NCBI GenBank assembly: GCA_963812605.1
Contig: CAWEWF010000004.1
Location: forward strand, 160,001 to 224,000
Reading direction: 5' to 3'
DNA: 64,000 nt
Source: an uncultured Verrucomicrobiae bacterium
Lineage (GTDB): Bacteria > Verrucomicrobiota > Verrucomicrobiia > Palsa-1439
Shown: positions 11,458 to 21,641 of the stretch, piece after piece
How the letters are laid out: every line of letters starts with the position of its first letter
Numbering within the stretch: the first letter of the stretch is position 1
Made by a program: the position numbers and the translations under genes
The notes under the pieces: model-generated
What the model was told of the DNA's origin: nothing
Seen by the model: only the letters and a program-made list of their open reading frames with translations
Database searches by the model: none

Positions 11458-12369
11458 TTATTTTTTCGGGTGTCGCGTGAAAAACTCCCACATCAAATCC
11501 GTTGCGGAGATCTCCCGGGTTGGCTCGGACCCGAGCAGATAAGCCTCCCCGCCCGGCCACGCGTGGCCGCCGCCCTTGACAGTGTACAGCGCGACCTCCG
11601 TCCCCTCTTTGCCCCCGCGATAAATCTCCGTCCGAATACTCCCCTTCTCCTGCCGCTCCGGTATTTCCGAACAACCATTTTGTTTCACCCAGAACGCCAC
11701 CGCGTAGGAGACGGGTTTATCGACCCGCCGATGCGTGTCCGCTCTCTTGAGCGGTTCTCCGCCGTTGTACAAGACATGTTCGTCAGCGGTGCCGTGGAAA
11801 ATGATCATCGAAACCGGACGGGCGGGCTGGCAGTTCTCCAGGTTCAGCGCGCCGGCGACGGGCGCAGCAGCGGCGATCTTGTCGGACAACTCGCACGCCA
11901 CGCGATAGGTCATCATCCCGCCGTTCGACATGCCCGTCACATAAACGCGCCGGGGATCGATGGCCCGCGTCTTTTCCAATTCATCGATCAGCGCGCGGAT
12001 GAAACCCACGTCGTCCACATTGTTATCCAGCGCGTATCCACAGCAGTTGCCGGAATTCCAGGTCAGCAGCCGGTTCTTCAATCGCCCGGAGCCATTCGGA
12101 TACACGACGACAAAACCCTCTTTGTCCGACTTTTCGCTGAACCCCGTCATACGCGCGACGCCCGGTGCGTTCCCGCCGCCGCCATGCAAGACGATCACCA
12201 GCGGCAGCAGCCGCTTCCCGTCGTAGGCCGGCGGCAAATGCAGGAGATAGGTTCGCGCCTGTTCGCCAGCTTTCAACGACAATACGTGATCGCCGGCCTT
12301 CAATTCATCGCCTTGACTGCGCATCGACAGTAACGATAACACAACGATTCCCAAAACCAGCTTCACCAT
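11458..12369 (-). CDS. Secreted PHB-depolymerase/LpqC-type alpha/beta esterase
   Basis: Signal peptide, LHGGGG oxyanion motif, WNSGNCCG, GMSNGG nucleophile elbow, HGTAD, GGHAWPG. Confidence 0.85.
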   Translation of the reverse strand: MVKLVLGIVVLSLLSMRSQGDELKAGDHVLSLKAGEQARTYLLHLPPAYDGKRLLPLVIVLHGGGGNAPGVARMTGFSEKSDKEGFVVVYPNGSGRLKNRLLTWNSGNCCGYALDNNVDDVGFIRALIDELEKTRAIDPRRVYVTGMSNGGMMTYRVACELSDKIAAAAPVAGALNLENCQPARPVSMIIFHGTADEHVLYNGGEPLKRADTHRRVDKPVSYAVAFWVKQNGCSEIPERQEKGSIRTEIYRGGKEGTEVALYTVKGGGHAWPGGEAYLLGSEPTREISATDLMWEFFTRHPKK

Positions 12370-12442
12370 TTCACAGGTTCGCATCCTGCCCAGAAAGACG
12401 GAGGATTTCACCTGATGGTTACAATCGGCGCAACGACCGATC

Positions 12443-13003
12443 CTACTCGTCGCTTCGCCAGCGCTTGACGAGTTGGTGTTCAAGGCCGAGGTGGTCCAGC
12501 ACCCGCGCGATGATCGTGTCCACGAGTTCCGTGATCGTCTTCGGCTTGGTATAAAAGGACGGGCTGGCGGGAATGATCGTCGCGCCGGCTTCCGTCAGCG
12601 TGGCCATATTGCGCAGGTGGATCAGGTTATACGGCGCTTCGCGCGGGACGAAGATCAGCTTGCGCCGTTCCTTCAGAAAGACGTCCGCCGCCCGCGCAAT
12701 CGTGCTATCGGACACGCCGTGGGCAACCCGCCCGATGGTGCCCATCGACGCGGGGATGATGACCATCGCATCCAATTTGGCCGACCCGCTCACGAACGGC
12801 ACGAACATGGAGCCGTGTTCATCATATTGAATCACGGATGGCGCGATTTTCAGTTCCCCTTTCGGCAACTCAAGCTGGCCGACTTCCCGGGCATGTTTCG
12901 TGGAGATGAAATGGATTTCGTGCTTTCGCGGATCGAGATTATCGAGCAACCGCTGGGTATAAATCGCGCCGCTTGCGCCGGTCATGGCCACCACGATCTT
13001 CAT
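12443..13003 (-). CDS. ubiX: Flavin prenyltransferase
   Basis: MTGASGAIY, SGS, PASMGT, RAADVFLKERRKL, REAP, PSFY. Confidence 0.93.
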   Translation of the reverse strand: MKIVVAMTGASGAIYTQRLLDNLDPRKHEIHFISTKHAREVGQLELPKGELKIAPSVIQYDEHGSMFVPFVSGSAKLDAMVIIPASMGTIGRVAHGVSDSTIARAADVFLKERRKLIFVPREAPYNLIHLRNMATLTEAGATIIPASPSFYTKPKTITELVDTIIARVLDHLGLEHQLVKRWRSDE

Positions 13004-14262
13004 AATGTCTTCACCGCCTCCGCCGCCGCGCGCAACGTTTCTTCGATGTCTTGCTCCGTGTGCGCCAGGGAGAGGAAGCCGACTTCAAACTGCGATGGCG
13101 CCAGATACACGCCGCGTTCGAGCATCGCGTGAAAGAATCGGGCGTACTGTTTCGTGTCACTCGTTTTGGCGCTGGCGAAGTCCACCACTTCGCGGTCGGT
13201 GAAGAACGTGCAGAATAGCGAACCGAGGCGCACCGAATGTCCTTTCACGACCTTCTTCCACTCATCGCCCAGCGCCGCCGCGCGCCGCTCCAGCTTCTCA
13301 TAGGCGCCACCGTGTGAAAGTTCCTCCAACGTCGCGATCCCCGCGGCCATCGCGAGCGGATTGCCGGAAAGCGTGCCGGCCTGGTACACGGGACCAGTGG
13401 GCGCCAGCAGATCCATCACGTCCGCGCGCCCGCCGAACGCGCCGACGGGCAGGCCGCCCCCGATAATCTTGCCAAGCGTCGTCAGATCGGCCTGCATTCC
13501 GAACAATTCCTGCGCGCCGCCCCGCGCCACGCGGAATCCGCTGATGACCTCGTCAAGAATCAGCAACGCGTCACTGTCCCGGGTGAGTTGGCGCAGTTTT
13601 TCGAGAAAACCGGGCTTGAGCGGGATCAATCCCATGTTCGCGGGAACCGGCTCGATGATCGCGCACGCGATCTCGCGCCAGTTCACGGTGTCGAGCGCCG
13701 CAAAATCATTCAAGGGCAGCGTGACGGTGTTGCGGGCGAAGTCCGCGGGGACGCCTGCGCTGTCGGGCACATCGAACGTCGCTCCGCCCGAACCCGCTTT
13801 CACCAAGAGCGCGTCAGCGTGGCCATGATAGCAGCCCTCAAATTTCACGATCTTGTCCCGCTTCGTAAACCCGCGCGCCAGACGGATCGCGGACATCGTC
13901 GCTTCCGTGCCCGAGTTGACGAAGCGAATCTTTTGCATCGACGGGAAGGCCTCGCAGACCAGTTGCGCGAGGCGAATTTCGCGCGGATTCGGCGTCCCGA
14001 AGCTCGTTCCGTCGCGCACGGCTTCCTGCACGGCCCGCACAACCTGCGGATGCGCGTGACCGAGAATCATCGGCCCCCACGAGCCGACGTAGTCGATGTA
14101 CTCATTGCCATCCACATCCCAAAGCCGCGAGCCCTTGGCGCGTTGCGTAAAAAACGGCGTGCCGCCCACGCCGCGAAAGGCGCGCACCGGGGAATTCACC
14201 CCGCCCGGAAAATGCCGCAGCGCCTCCTGCCAGAGTTTTTCCGAGTATTCGTGTTTGAGCAT
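13000..14262 (-). CDS. hemL: Glutamate-1-semialdehyde 2,1-aminomutase
   Basis: PGGVNSPVRAF, NSGTEATMSAIRLARG, GCYHGH, GKIIGGGLPVGAFGG, YQAGTLSGNP, APSQFE. Confidence 0.97.
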   Translation of the reverse strand: MLKHEYSEKLWQEALRHFPGGVNSPVRAFRGVGGTPFFTQRAKGSRLWDVDGNEYIDYVGSWGPMILGHAHPQVVRAVQEAVRDGTSFGTPNPREIRLAQLVCEAFPSMQKIRFVNSGTEATMSAIRLARGFTKRDKIVKFEGCYHGHADALLVKAGSGGATFDVPDSAGVPADFARNTVTLPLNDFAALDTVNWREIACAIIEPVPANMGLIPLKPGFLEKLRQLTRDSDALLILDEVISGFRVARGGAQELFGMQADLTTLGKIIGGGLPVGAFGGRADVMDLLAPTGPVYQAGTLSGNPLAMAAGIATLEELSHGGAYEKLERRAAALGDEWKKVVKGHSVRLGSLFCTFFTDREVVDFASAKTSDTKQYARFFHAMLERGVYLAPSQFEVGFLSLAHTEQDIEETLRAAAEAVKTL

Positions 14263-14272
14263 GGGCAGATGA

Positions 14273-16254
14273 TTACAGCTTGTCGGTGACTTCAACAAGG
14301 GTTGGGCGTGGTTTCTTTTGCCCTTTCAATTTCAGTTCGGATTGCGGGATGGCCCAGACAGGACGAGTGACACCCTCCAATACCGCATACCCAGCGCGGG
14401 CTTTGTGACGTTGGAGAATGTTGGCGATCTCCCGTAGTAAGTCTTCTGGATGGCCGCTGGCCGTTTGGCTGACTGTGGCCTGCAAATAGTCCACGCTAAA
14501 CGCCAGCAAGCCCTTCTCTTCCTTTCCATTGAAAGCCCGGACTGGATAAAGCCAGACACGTGAATTGGTCTCGAGCGCGTCTTTGATGGCTTGGGGCACG
14601 CTCCCCGTCGACTTCTTGACTGTGGATTTGGAAGGAGCCATGAGGGTTGGTTTCTGGCAGACCGACTCAAAGTTGCAGACCCGCACCGGTAGAACGAACG
14701 GCTGGTTTGGCGCGCTCCAGAAGTAACAGTTGCCGATAATCGGTTCAGCGCGGAGATAGTTGAGAATCTCGTCGGTATAGTAGGCGTTGTGACGCTTGAG
14801 TGTCTGTAAATCGTTGTCGTTGAGGAGGTGTAAGGCAAAGAAGTTGTCGCCCTGACTGATGATCTGGGGTGCAATCGCGCCGGGCTGTTGCGTGACGAGT
14901 ATAGCACCGAGTCCGTACTTACGACCTTCCTTGACCCAACGTACGAAAATGTTGTTGTCATCAAGTCGCCGGTCGCCGAGCACTGTCTGCGCCTCCTCCA
15001 ACACGGCAAGACAGCGTACCGATGGCCCGCCCACCTCTGTTAGATGTCTCAGGTTATGCTGGAACACCCGCCGTAGGATCAACCCGATGATCGCGAGCCC
15101 GTCCTCACTTCCCAGCAGCGATATATCCACGATTACAACACGCGCCTGACGGAGTTCCTCGATCATGTTTTGCCCAAGTGTTGCACCAGCGCGATGGAGA
15201 CGGCGGATGGCCGGCACAAGGTTGTTTTTCACAGCCGCGATACTTACGTCATTCTGTTTGGGTGTGAAGGACAAGTAGTCAACGATCTTTTTGTCGTTGG
15301 CACGAAAGCCGTCCTTGGCCAGCAGCGCAACCAGTTCACGCCACACGTTCCAATCCAATCCACGCACCAGATTCGCGAAGACCATATCCTGCTTCTCTGA
15401 TAGCACGAATGCTGCGACGATGTCCTGTGGCGGAAAATCTCCAAAATCCACATATACATCGCCACGGCGAACGCCGTCGTATTCATCGGACACACGTCTG
15501 TTCGTGTACAAACCGACCCGTCCCTGCAAGCCCGGCACGTTCACCAAGCCCGGTTGTCCCTGCGCATCCGGGAAAGCATACTCACCTTCAGGATCGAAGA
15601 TCAACAAGCCCACATCAGGCGGTGACGAGTACAACTGCGAAACCAAATATTTGATGAGATTGCTCTTGCCGTAGCCGCGCGCGCGAAAACGAAACTGCGT
15701 TTACCTTTGAGTCGAGCGACACTGAAGTTAACCGGGACGTTTGACACCACGCGCTGGCCATAAACCAAGTGGCCAAGCGGCGCGGCGGTCGGATCGTCTT
15801 CCAACCCGACGTTACACAGAAACGCCAAGGCCGCTTCCGAAGGCAGTCGCACATTACAGCCCAACGTGGCAAAAGCGCGTTGGCCGACCGTGAATTTAAA
15901 CTTTCCCTTTTCAAGATGCAGTTCCCCAAGCAGTTGCATCTTGAGGTTGTAGCGCAACATCTGCCGCATGATTGGCGCGGGTACTGCCTCCTTCGTCTTG
16001 GCTAAATCGGCGAGATACGCGTCGCCTCGATCCGTTACCAATTGACCGGCCGCGTGATACCGGCTCACGCGTCCCACCAGCGCCTCCGTCGTGCAAAGTT
16101 CCACCAACACGAACTCGCCGAATCCAGGTAAACCGCGCTCCACAGGCGGCACCACCACGTCCACTTCGAGTTGGTGCGGAACGGGCGAAAACCCCTTCAG
16201 CAAACCAACGGCAGGAATGTCCGCGTACAGGTCAGGTTGCGGTTGATTGGTCAT
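14273..16254 (-). CDS. herA: HerA/DUF87-family ATPase with C-terminal extension (frameshift inside Walker A, ~15677)
   Basis: Restoring one G in the GCGCGCGCG run gives SFVFARAGYGKSNL (Walker A). Also DPEGEY, LEEAQ (Walker B), KEGRKYGLG, VTQQP and an N-terminal HAS-barrel-like segment. Confidence 0.85.
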
Positions 16255-17307
16255 GATCCTCCACAAGTTGCCGGCCCAGTAATCTCAACAGCCTGGCCTG
16301 ATTTGCGGCCGCCGGATCGCGCGCGGCAATTTCCTCCAACAACAGCCGCTCCAACATCTCCACCTCCAAGCCACCCAAATGCGCGTGCTCGTGGGCACGC
16401 ACCAATGCCTGCGGATAGCCCCGCACCGGGAAACTGGCCCGTGAGGATTCATGGAGGAGAGCCATCGCTTCCGATACCCGCTCCGTCTGCCAAGCGGCGA
16501 TATCCACTGGCATTAATGGCACGCCCTCTCCCACATCCAGCCGCGCCATGTAGAGTTGCCCCATCGCGCGATCACCAATCCAGCGGTACTGTTCCGGCGC
16601 GGCTTCGATCTCTAGTTTCGCCGGTACCACCGCATATGATGGCTGCCGATCCGCGAAGCTTTCATTCAGATTCAACGCCACGGACAAATAATTGATGATG
16701 CGTGAGCGTTTGGCAACGCCGGCCAGTAGGTGACCGTGCTCGGCCGTCATTGTCTCGAACCGAGCCCGTAGGCGTTGAAACACCCCGTGCGTCAGGAGCA
16801 CCGACCGCAGCAGGCCATCGCGGATCAACAATTTGGCTGGTGGCTGGCTGGCAAGCTCGATTAGCGCAGCCCACTCCATCAACTCTCGAAGCATTGCCAG
16901 CAGGTTGCTGCGTTGAAACTCAGATTGTGGCATCAGCGCATCCCAGTCGCACCCGAGATAATCGAGGAACTTCTGCAAGCGCGGTTCTGCCTTGAAGTAG
17001 AACCGGAGAATTTCTTCGGGAGAAAGCGAGAGCGGAATAAAATCCTCGAAATAAATCTCACCATCGCTGTCGGCGACGCGCAGCACTTGCACTCGAATCG
17101 GTTCGAGATTGAGCCGGTTTTCACCGCCATCGGTCGCCACTGTCGCCACAATCGGAACTAAGGAGCCAGGCCCCTGTAAAGTCTGAATCGCGGTGGGCCG
17201 CAGCGGGCGAGTTGCCGCTGCATCCTGTCCAACTGCGGCCACTCCTGATTCAGCGCCAGTTCCAGACTACGGTGGAGACGTTCCAAACGTCTGCCCGTGA
17301 GGTTCAT
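16232..17307 (-). CDS. nurA: NurA-family nuclease (frameshift near 17205)
   Basis: ATDGG, LIRDGLL, GVAKRS, GYPQAL..AHEHA. It overlaps the herA start. The N-terminus MNLTGRRLERLHRSLE from 17307 lies in another frame. Confidence 0.75.
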
Positions 17308-17348
17308 TGGGACCCATCATATAACGGCGCTAGTGGCGAACAATCATC

Positions 17349-19976
17349 CTATCGCCATTCATGCCTTGGATATTTCCGCTGCAATTCCAATTTGAGTTTC
17401 GGATACGTCTCGCGCCAGAAGGTCGCGAGATTCTCGGTCACCTGCACGGGGCGCTGGTTCGGCGCCAGCACTTGAATACGCACGGGCACACGGTGTTGTG
17501 CAATCCACAGACCTTGCTTCACGCCGTACAAATCCTGAATGCGGGCCGCCACGGTCGGCGGCCCCTCGACCGAATAGACAACCTTCGCTCGTTTCCCGCC
17601 CGGCAACTCGATTCGTTCGGGGGCATATTCTTCGACCCACGCCTGCTGCTGACCCGAGAGCCACGATTTCATTACCGGCCAGACGGGCTTGTCCTTGATC
17701 TCCTTGTAACTCCTCGCGCCGTGGCAGATTTGTTCGATCAACGCCTGCCGGTCGTCGCCGCCAATTGCGGGAATGGCGAGTTCGGGAATCCATTCGCGCA
17801 GCCGATTCACGCGCACGATCCATTGTTCGACAGCCTCATCCCAATTCTTCAACACGCAGCGGCCCGCCAGCACTTCGGCGGCGAGAATCCGCGCGGCGGC
17901 GTCCAACGGGACATCCTCCGACCGCCCCGCCTCCAGCACCAGGTCCCGAAATTGTTTCCGTCGCTCCCCAAACACGCGCCGCTGTGTCGTGTCATAAACC
18001 ACCGCCAGCGTCTCGGTGAAATCGCCCGGGAAAAGTTCCCGCAACCACTCTTCCTTGATCGCCGTCGTCAGGCTTAGCAGGACGTTCAGTTCCCGGTCCT
18101 TGCCCGTGCCGCTCTGGATCTCGTGAATTTCGGTCGCCACCAGCAAGGGTGCGCTTTGCACAACGCTCTCCCGCGCCAGGACGCCGCGTCGCTCATGCAC
18201 GAGTTGGCAGCGCAAGGTTCCTTCGTCCAGCCGGCGGGCCACGTGATCCGAAAATCCAAGCAACACACAGCGCTGGATCGCGTCGGGTGCCGCGCGCTTC
18301 TCGCTCACATCCAACCCTTCACGCTTCGCGATGTCGAGGAACTGCTCGAACAGTGGCCCGACCTGCCGCGCCGCTTGGGCGTGGACGCCGACCTGACGGC
18401 AGCGATCGAGATTGTACCCATTGCGGTCCGCGTACCGCCACGCGCGCATGAGCACGAAGAAATCCGATTGCGTCTCACCGCCAAATAAATCGTCGCGCGC
18501 TTCTTCCACCTGTTTTCCCTGCCGGCGCACCATCAAATCGCGTCCTTGCGTGAGCGCGGCGATGAGGGCCACCTGCCGCACGCAGCCGTATTCCTGCGCC
18601 GCCAGCAGCATCCGCGAATAGCGCGGGTGCAACGGGAAGGCGAGCATCCGTTTCCCCAGATCCGAAATCCGCGTCTGCTTGTAGGGCAACGGGCCCCGTT
18701 GCCGTCGTTCCGTTTCGGCAAGCGGGCCGCTTGCCCCATAAATCGACTGAATCGCCCCGAGATCGAGCAGGAGCATTTCCGCCCGCTCCAACGACTGACG
18801 GCTCGGCGGTTCGAGCCAGCGAAACGCGTACACGTCATCCACCCCGCTGGCTTTCAGCGTCAACACTACTTCCGCGAGATCGAGACGTTTCACCTCGGCC
18901 GCTTCCTGCAGGGGCCGCTGCTCGTGTTCGTGCTTCGTCCACAACCGCAAACAAACGCCCGGCGCCGTGCGGCCCGCGCGACCCGCGCGCTGGTCCGCCG
19001 AGGCGCGACTGATCTTCTCGACGAGCAATGTATTGATGCCGCGGTACGGATCGTAACGCGGAATGCGCGCCAGGCCGCTGTCGATCACGATGCGCACACC
19101 GTCGATCGTCAACGAAGTTTCCGCGACGTTCGTCGAGACGACGATCTTGCGCCGGTCGTATTGCGCCACGGCCGCATCCTGGTCATTGGTCGCCAGATCG
19201 CCATGCAGCGGAAGGACGATGAACTGGCTGCCAAGCGCGTCTTGTGCCCCGCGCACTGTCCGGCTGATTTCGTACGCACCGGGCATGAACACCAGCGCAT
19301 CGCCTTCGTGTTGCGTGACGAGTTGCTCCAATTCCTTGACGGCGGCTTCCCACACCGGCCAATCGCCCACGGGTTTGTCGAGGTATTCAACGTCCACAGG
19401 AAACGTGCGGCCTTCGGATGACAGCAGCTCGCAAGGTTTCAGGTATTCGCGCAGCGGCCCGACATCGAGCGTGGCCGACATGACAATAATGATCAGATCG
19501 GGACGCGTCGTTTCCTGGATCTGCAGCGCGCGCGCCAGGGTGATGTCGCCGTAAAGATGACGCTCATGAAACTCGTCGAAAATGACCGCGCTGATCCCGA
19601 GCAGGTTTTTGTCAGAAAGCATCTGCCGCAACAGAATGCCTTCCGTGACGTAACGAATCCGCGTCGCGGGTGAAGTGACATCGTCGAGCCGAATCTGGTA
19701 GCCGACCTCCTCGCCCAGCTTCACCCCGCGATTTTTCGCCACCCACGCCGCCAACATCCTAGCTGGCAACCGCCGCGGCTGGAGAATGACTACCTGGCCG
19801 CCGCTGGAGGGCGAGGCTCCCGCCGAGCCGAGCACTCCGCCATCCAGCAACATCTGCGGCACCTGCGTCGATTTGCCCGACCCTGTCGGGGCCGTCAGGA
19901 TCAACCGTCGCTGCTTCGCCAAAGCCGACAGCAAAGACTCCCGTATTTCCAGAATTGGCAGGCTGCTCACACTCAT
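17349..19976 (-). CDS. hrpB: ATP-dependent DEAH-box helicase HrpB
   Basis: APTGSGKST, QPRR, DEFHER, MSAT, STNVAETSLTI, QRAGRAGR and the C-terminal YPRHEWR. Confidence 0.95.
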   Translation of the reverse strand: MSVSSLPILEIRESLLSALAKQRRLILTAPTGSGKSTQVPQMLLDGGVLGSAGASPSSGGQVVILQPRRLPARMLAAWVAKNRGVKLGEEVGYQIRLDDVTSPATRIRYVTEGILLRQMLSDKNLLGISAVIFDEFHERHLYGDITLARALQIQETTRPDLIIIVMSATLDVGPLREYLKPCELLSSEGRTFPVDVEYLDKPVGDWPVWEAAVKELEQLVTQHEGDALVFMPGAYEISRTVRGAQDALGSQFIVLPLHGDLATNDQDAAVAQYDRRKIVVSTNVAETSLTIDGVRIVIDSGLARIPRYDPYRGINTLLVEKISRASADQRAGRAGRTAPGVCLRLWTKHEHEQRPLQEAAEVKRLDLAEVVLTLKASGVDDVYAFRWLEPPSRQSLERAEMLLLDLGAIQSIYGASGPLAETERRQRGPLPYKQTRISDLGKRMLAFPLHPRYSRMLLAAQEYGCVRQVALIAALTQGRDLMVRRQGKQVEEARDDLFGGETQSDFFVLMRAWRYADRNGYNLDRCRQVGVHAQAARQVGPLFEQFLDIAKREGLDVSEKRAAPDAIQRCVLLGFSDHVARRLDEGTLRCQLVHERRGVLARESVVQSAPLLVATEIHEIQSGTGKDRELNVLLSLTTAIKEEWLRELFPGDFTETLAVVYDTTQRRVFGERRKQFRDLVLEAGRSEDVPLDAAARILAAEVLAGRCVLKNWDEAVEQWIVRVNRLREWIPELAIPAIGGDDRQALIEQICHGARSYKEIKDKPVWPVMKSWLSGQQQAWVEEYAPERIELPGGKRAKVVYSVEGPPTVAARIQDLYGVKQGLWIAQHRVPVRIQVLAPNQRPVQVTENLATFWRETYPKLKLELQRKYPRHEWR
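18681..18740. repeat. Inverted doublet of GTAG-type REP-like palindromes inside hrpB
   Basis: GTAGGGCAACGGGCCCCGTTGCCG ... CGGCAAGCGGGCCGCTTGCCCCATA; 60 bp, so the reading frame is preserved. Confidence 0.6.
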
Positions 19977-20076
19977 TGTTTGCAAGACTTTATCATAGCC
20001 ACGAGACGTGTCCCAACCTCGAGTAAGTTCAAACCCGGCACCCCAAAACGAGATGCCACAATACGATTTTCGCGCC

Positions 20077-20173
20077 AAACGAACCCGATTTCAAAAATTC
20101 GATTTTTCATCCTAACCAGCTATAGCTCTGATAGTTCCGCTCATAATTTCACGTCAACAAATCGGGTTCGTTT
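20077..20173. repeat. Intergenic element with 15-bp perfect inverted repeats (AAACGAACCCGATTT / AAATCGGGTTCGTTT)
   Basis: Arms at 20077-20091 and 20159-20173. Related copies at 42236-42312 and 59877-59888. Confidence 0.65.
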
Positions 20174-20359
20174 CGCAGAAACACATGTTTTTCGCACTCC
20201 TCTCTCTCCAGGAAACAACACCTTCCTCGTCCGTCGTAGCTTCCGCGAAGACGGGTGCCCTCTCTTGTCAAAGAACCGCGCTGACTATACCCGCTCCTCA
20301 CCACCTTGTCTAGCAAGATTATCGTTTTACGATACACGAACTGATCGCACCACTAGAAT

Positions 20360-20389
20360 TTGACAAATGGGTGGTTGATGCGCTATTGT
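20360..20389 (+). promoter_or_regulatory. Putative sigma70 promoter of the TA operon
   Basis: TTGACA (20360-20365), 18-nt spacer, TATTGT (20384-20389), upstream of the toxin. Confidence 0.35.
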
Positions 20390-20406
20390 ACAGAGTCATA
20401 TAAACG

Positions 20407-20751
20407 ATGAACGGTCGATATATGAGATTTGTGGAGACTTTGGTCTTCACCAAACGGTTGCTGCAACTCACAGATGATGACACTTATCGAAGATTTCAGG
20501 CCGAACTGGCTGCGAACCCGGAAAAGGGGAAACTTATTCAGGGCACCGGAGGGCTGCGCAAGGCGCGCATGGCCGCCAGAGGCAAGGGTAGGCGAGGTGG
20601 CGCCCGGGTCATCTACTTGCATTTGGAAACGGCAATGGTGATTTATTTGGTGTACGTGTACGACAAAGACGAAGCTGACGATTTATCGGCAGCGCAGAAA
20701 AGGGAACTCAAGACCATCGCCGAAGCGATCAAAGAGGAATACAGAAAATGA
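20407..20751 (+). CDS. higB: RelE/HigB-family toxin
   Basis: FVET..F, NPEKGKLIQGTGGLRKAR, GKGRRGGARVIY, YDK. The toxin gene comes first. The start may be 20422. Confidence 0.88.
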   Translation: MNGRYMRFVETLVFTKRLLQLTDDDTYRRFQAELAANPEKGKLIQGTGGLRKARMAARGKGRRGGARVIYLHLETAMVIYLVYVYDKDEADDLSAAQKRELKTIAEAIKEEYRK

Positions 20752-21095
20752 AAACTAAGGATTTCGCAAACCTGAAGTCAGGACTGGTCGAGGCGCTCGA
20801 ACACGCGCGCGGTAAAATCACGCTCAAGACAAGCGATATGCCCTTGCCGCCGAAGGTGGAGAATATTCGACCGAAAGAGATCGCGCGTCTGCGTCGTGAC
20901 CTCAATGCCAGTCAGGGTGTCTTCGCTCGCTGGCTCAATGTGTCCCGCGACACCGCGATCAGTTGGGAAAGCGGCCGAAGAAAACCGTCCGGTGCCGCAT
21001 TGCGCCTCCTGCAAATCGTCCGCGAGTCCCCGGAAGTCCTTCCACGCCTGTCGTCGCGCACTACTTCAAAGTCAAAGCGGCGTATCGCGGCGTGA
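20748..21095 (+). CDS. higA: HigA-family HTH (XRE) antitoxin
   Basis: SQGVFARWLNVS...WESGRRKPSGAALRLL; 4-nt overlap with the toxin. Confidence 0.88.
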   Translation: MKTKDFANLKSGLVEALEHARGKITLKTSDMPLPPKVENIRPKEIARLRRDLNASQGVFARWLNVSRDTAISWESGRRKPSGAALRLLQIVRESPEVLPRLSSRTTSKSKRRIAA

Positions 21096-21169
21096 AACGC
21101 AGTTGGTCGCGATGCGCGCAAGCGGAGAACGGTGACCAGCATGACTATGCAAGGCTTTTCTGGTAGAGG

Positions 21170-21601
21170 ATGGAAAGACAGTTTCGCATGAGCAGCGATG
21201 TTCTACTGCGCTGGATCGACATTGCGCTCCTAGCACTCCTGGTTGTCGCATACGTTTTATCGCTCTGTCTGTCGGGCTGGGTTGCTACTCGAAAACTCCC
21301 TTGGACGGAACGTGTTTTTCCACTGGTATTGCAGCTTGTTTATCTTGTGCTTGCCGCGTTCCCTAGGATGACCCACGGCTTTCCTAGCGAGTTATTCATA
21401 CCGATGATTGTGGTTCTTGTGTTGGCGATTTTTGCACTGGTCAGTGGGTACAGGTTGTACCGACTGCGGCTACCGATCCCGAGAATACTGGCTTTCTCGC
21501 AGTCTGCCTTTGCTCTTGGTGTCTCGGTTATGTCTTTCTTCGCGTACCTCGACAGCTGTTACCTTTACTACGGTAAACTTGTGTGGTTTCCGAAGCTATG
21601 A
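21170..21601 (+). CDS. Hypothetical 4-TM membrane protein
   Basis: Four hydrophobic segments and a GAGG upstream. No family recognised. Confidence 0.55.
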   Translation: MERQFRMSSDVLLRWIDIALLALLVVAYVLSLCLSGWVATRKLPWTERVFPLVLQLVYLVLAAFPRMTHGFPSELFIPMIVVLVLAIFALVSGYRLYRLRLPIPRILAFSQSAFALGVSVMSFFAYLDSCYLYYGKLVWFPKL

Positions 21602-21641
21602 GCGGGTTCACAGGGAGAAAGCGCTTATACTGCGCCTGACG

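Noticed and set aside
10504-12333. 609-aa ORF suggesting PanE fused to a long C-terminal domain
   Set aside because: A frameshift near 11370 causes read-through antisense to the esterase gene; the real PanE ends at 11446.
15670-15690. Possible programmed frameshift or phase variation at (GC)n in the herA Walker A
   Set aside because: Cannot be distinguished from the many other single-base indels in the window; no slippery heptamer is evident.
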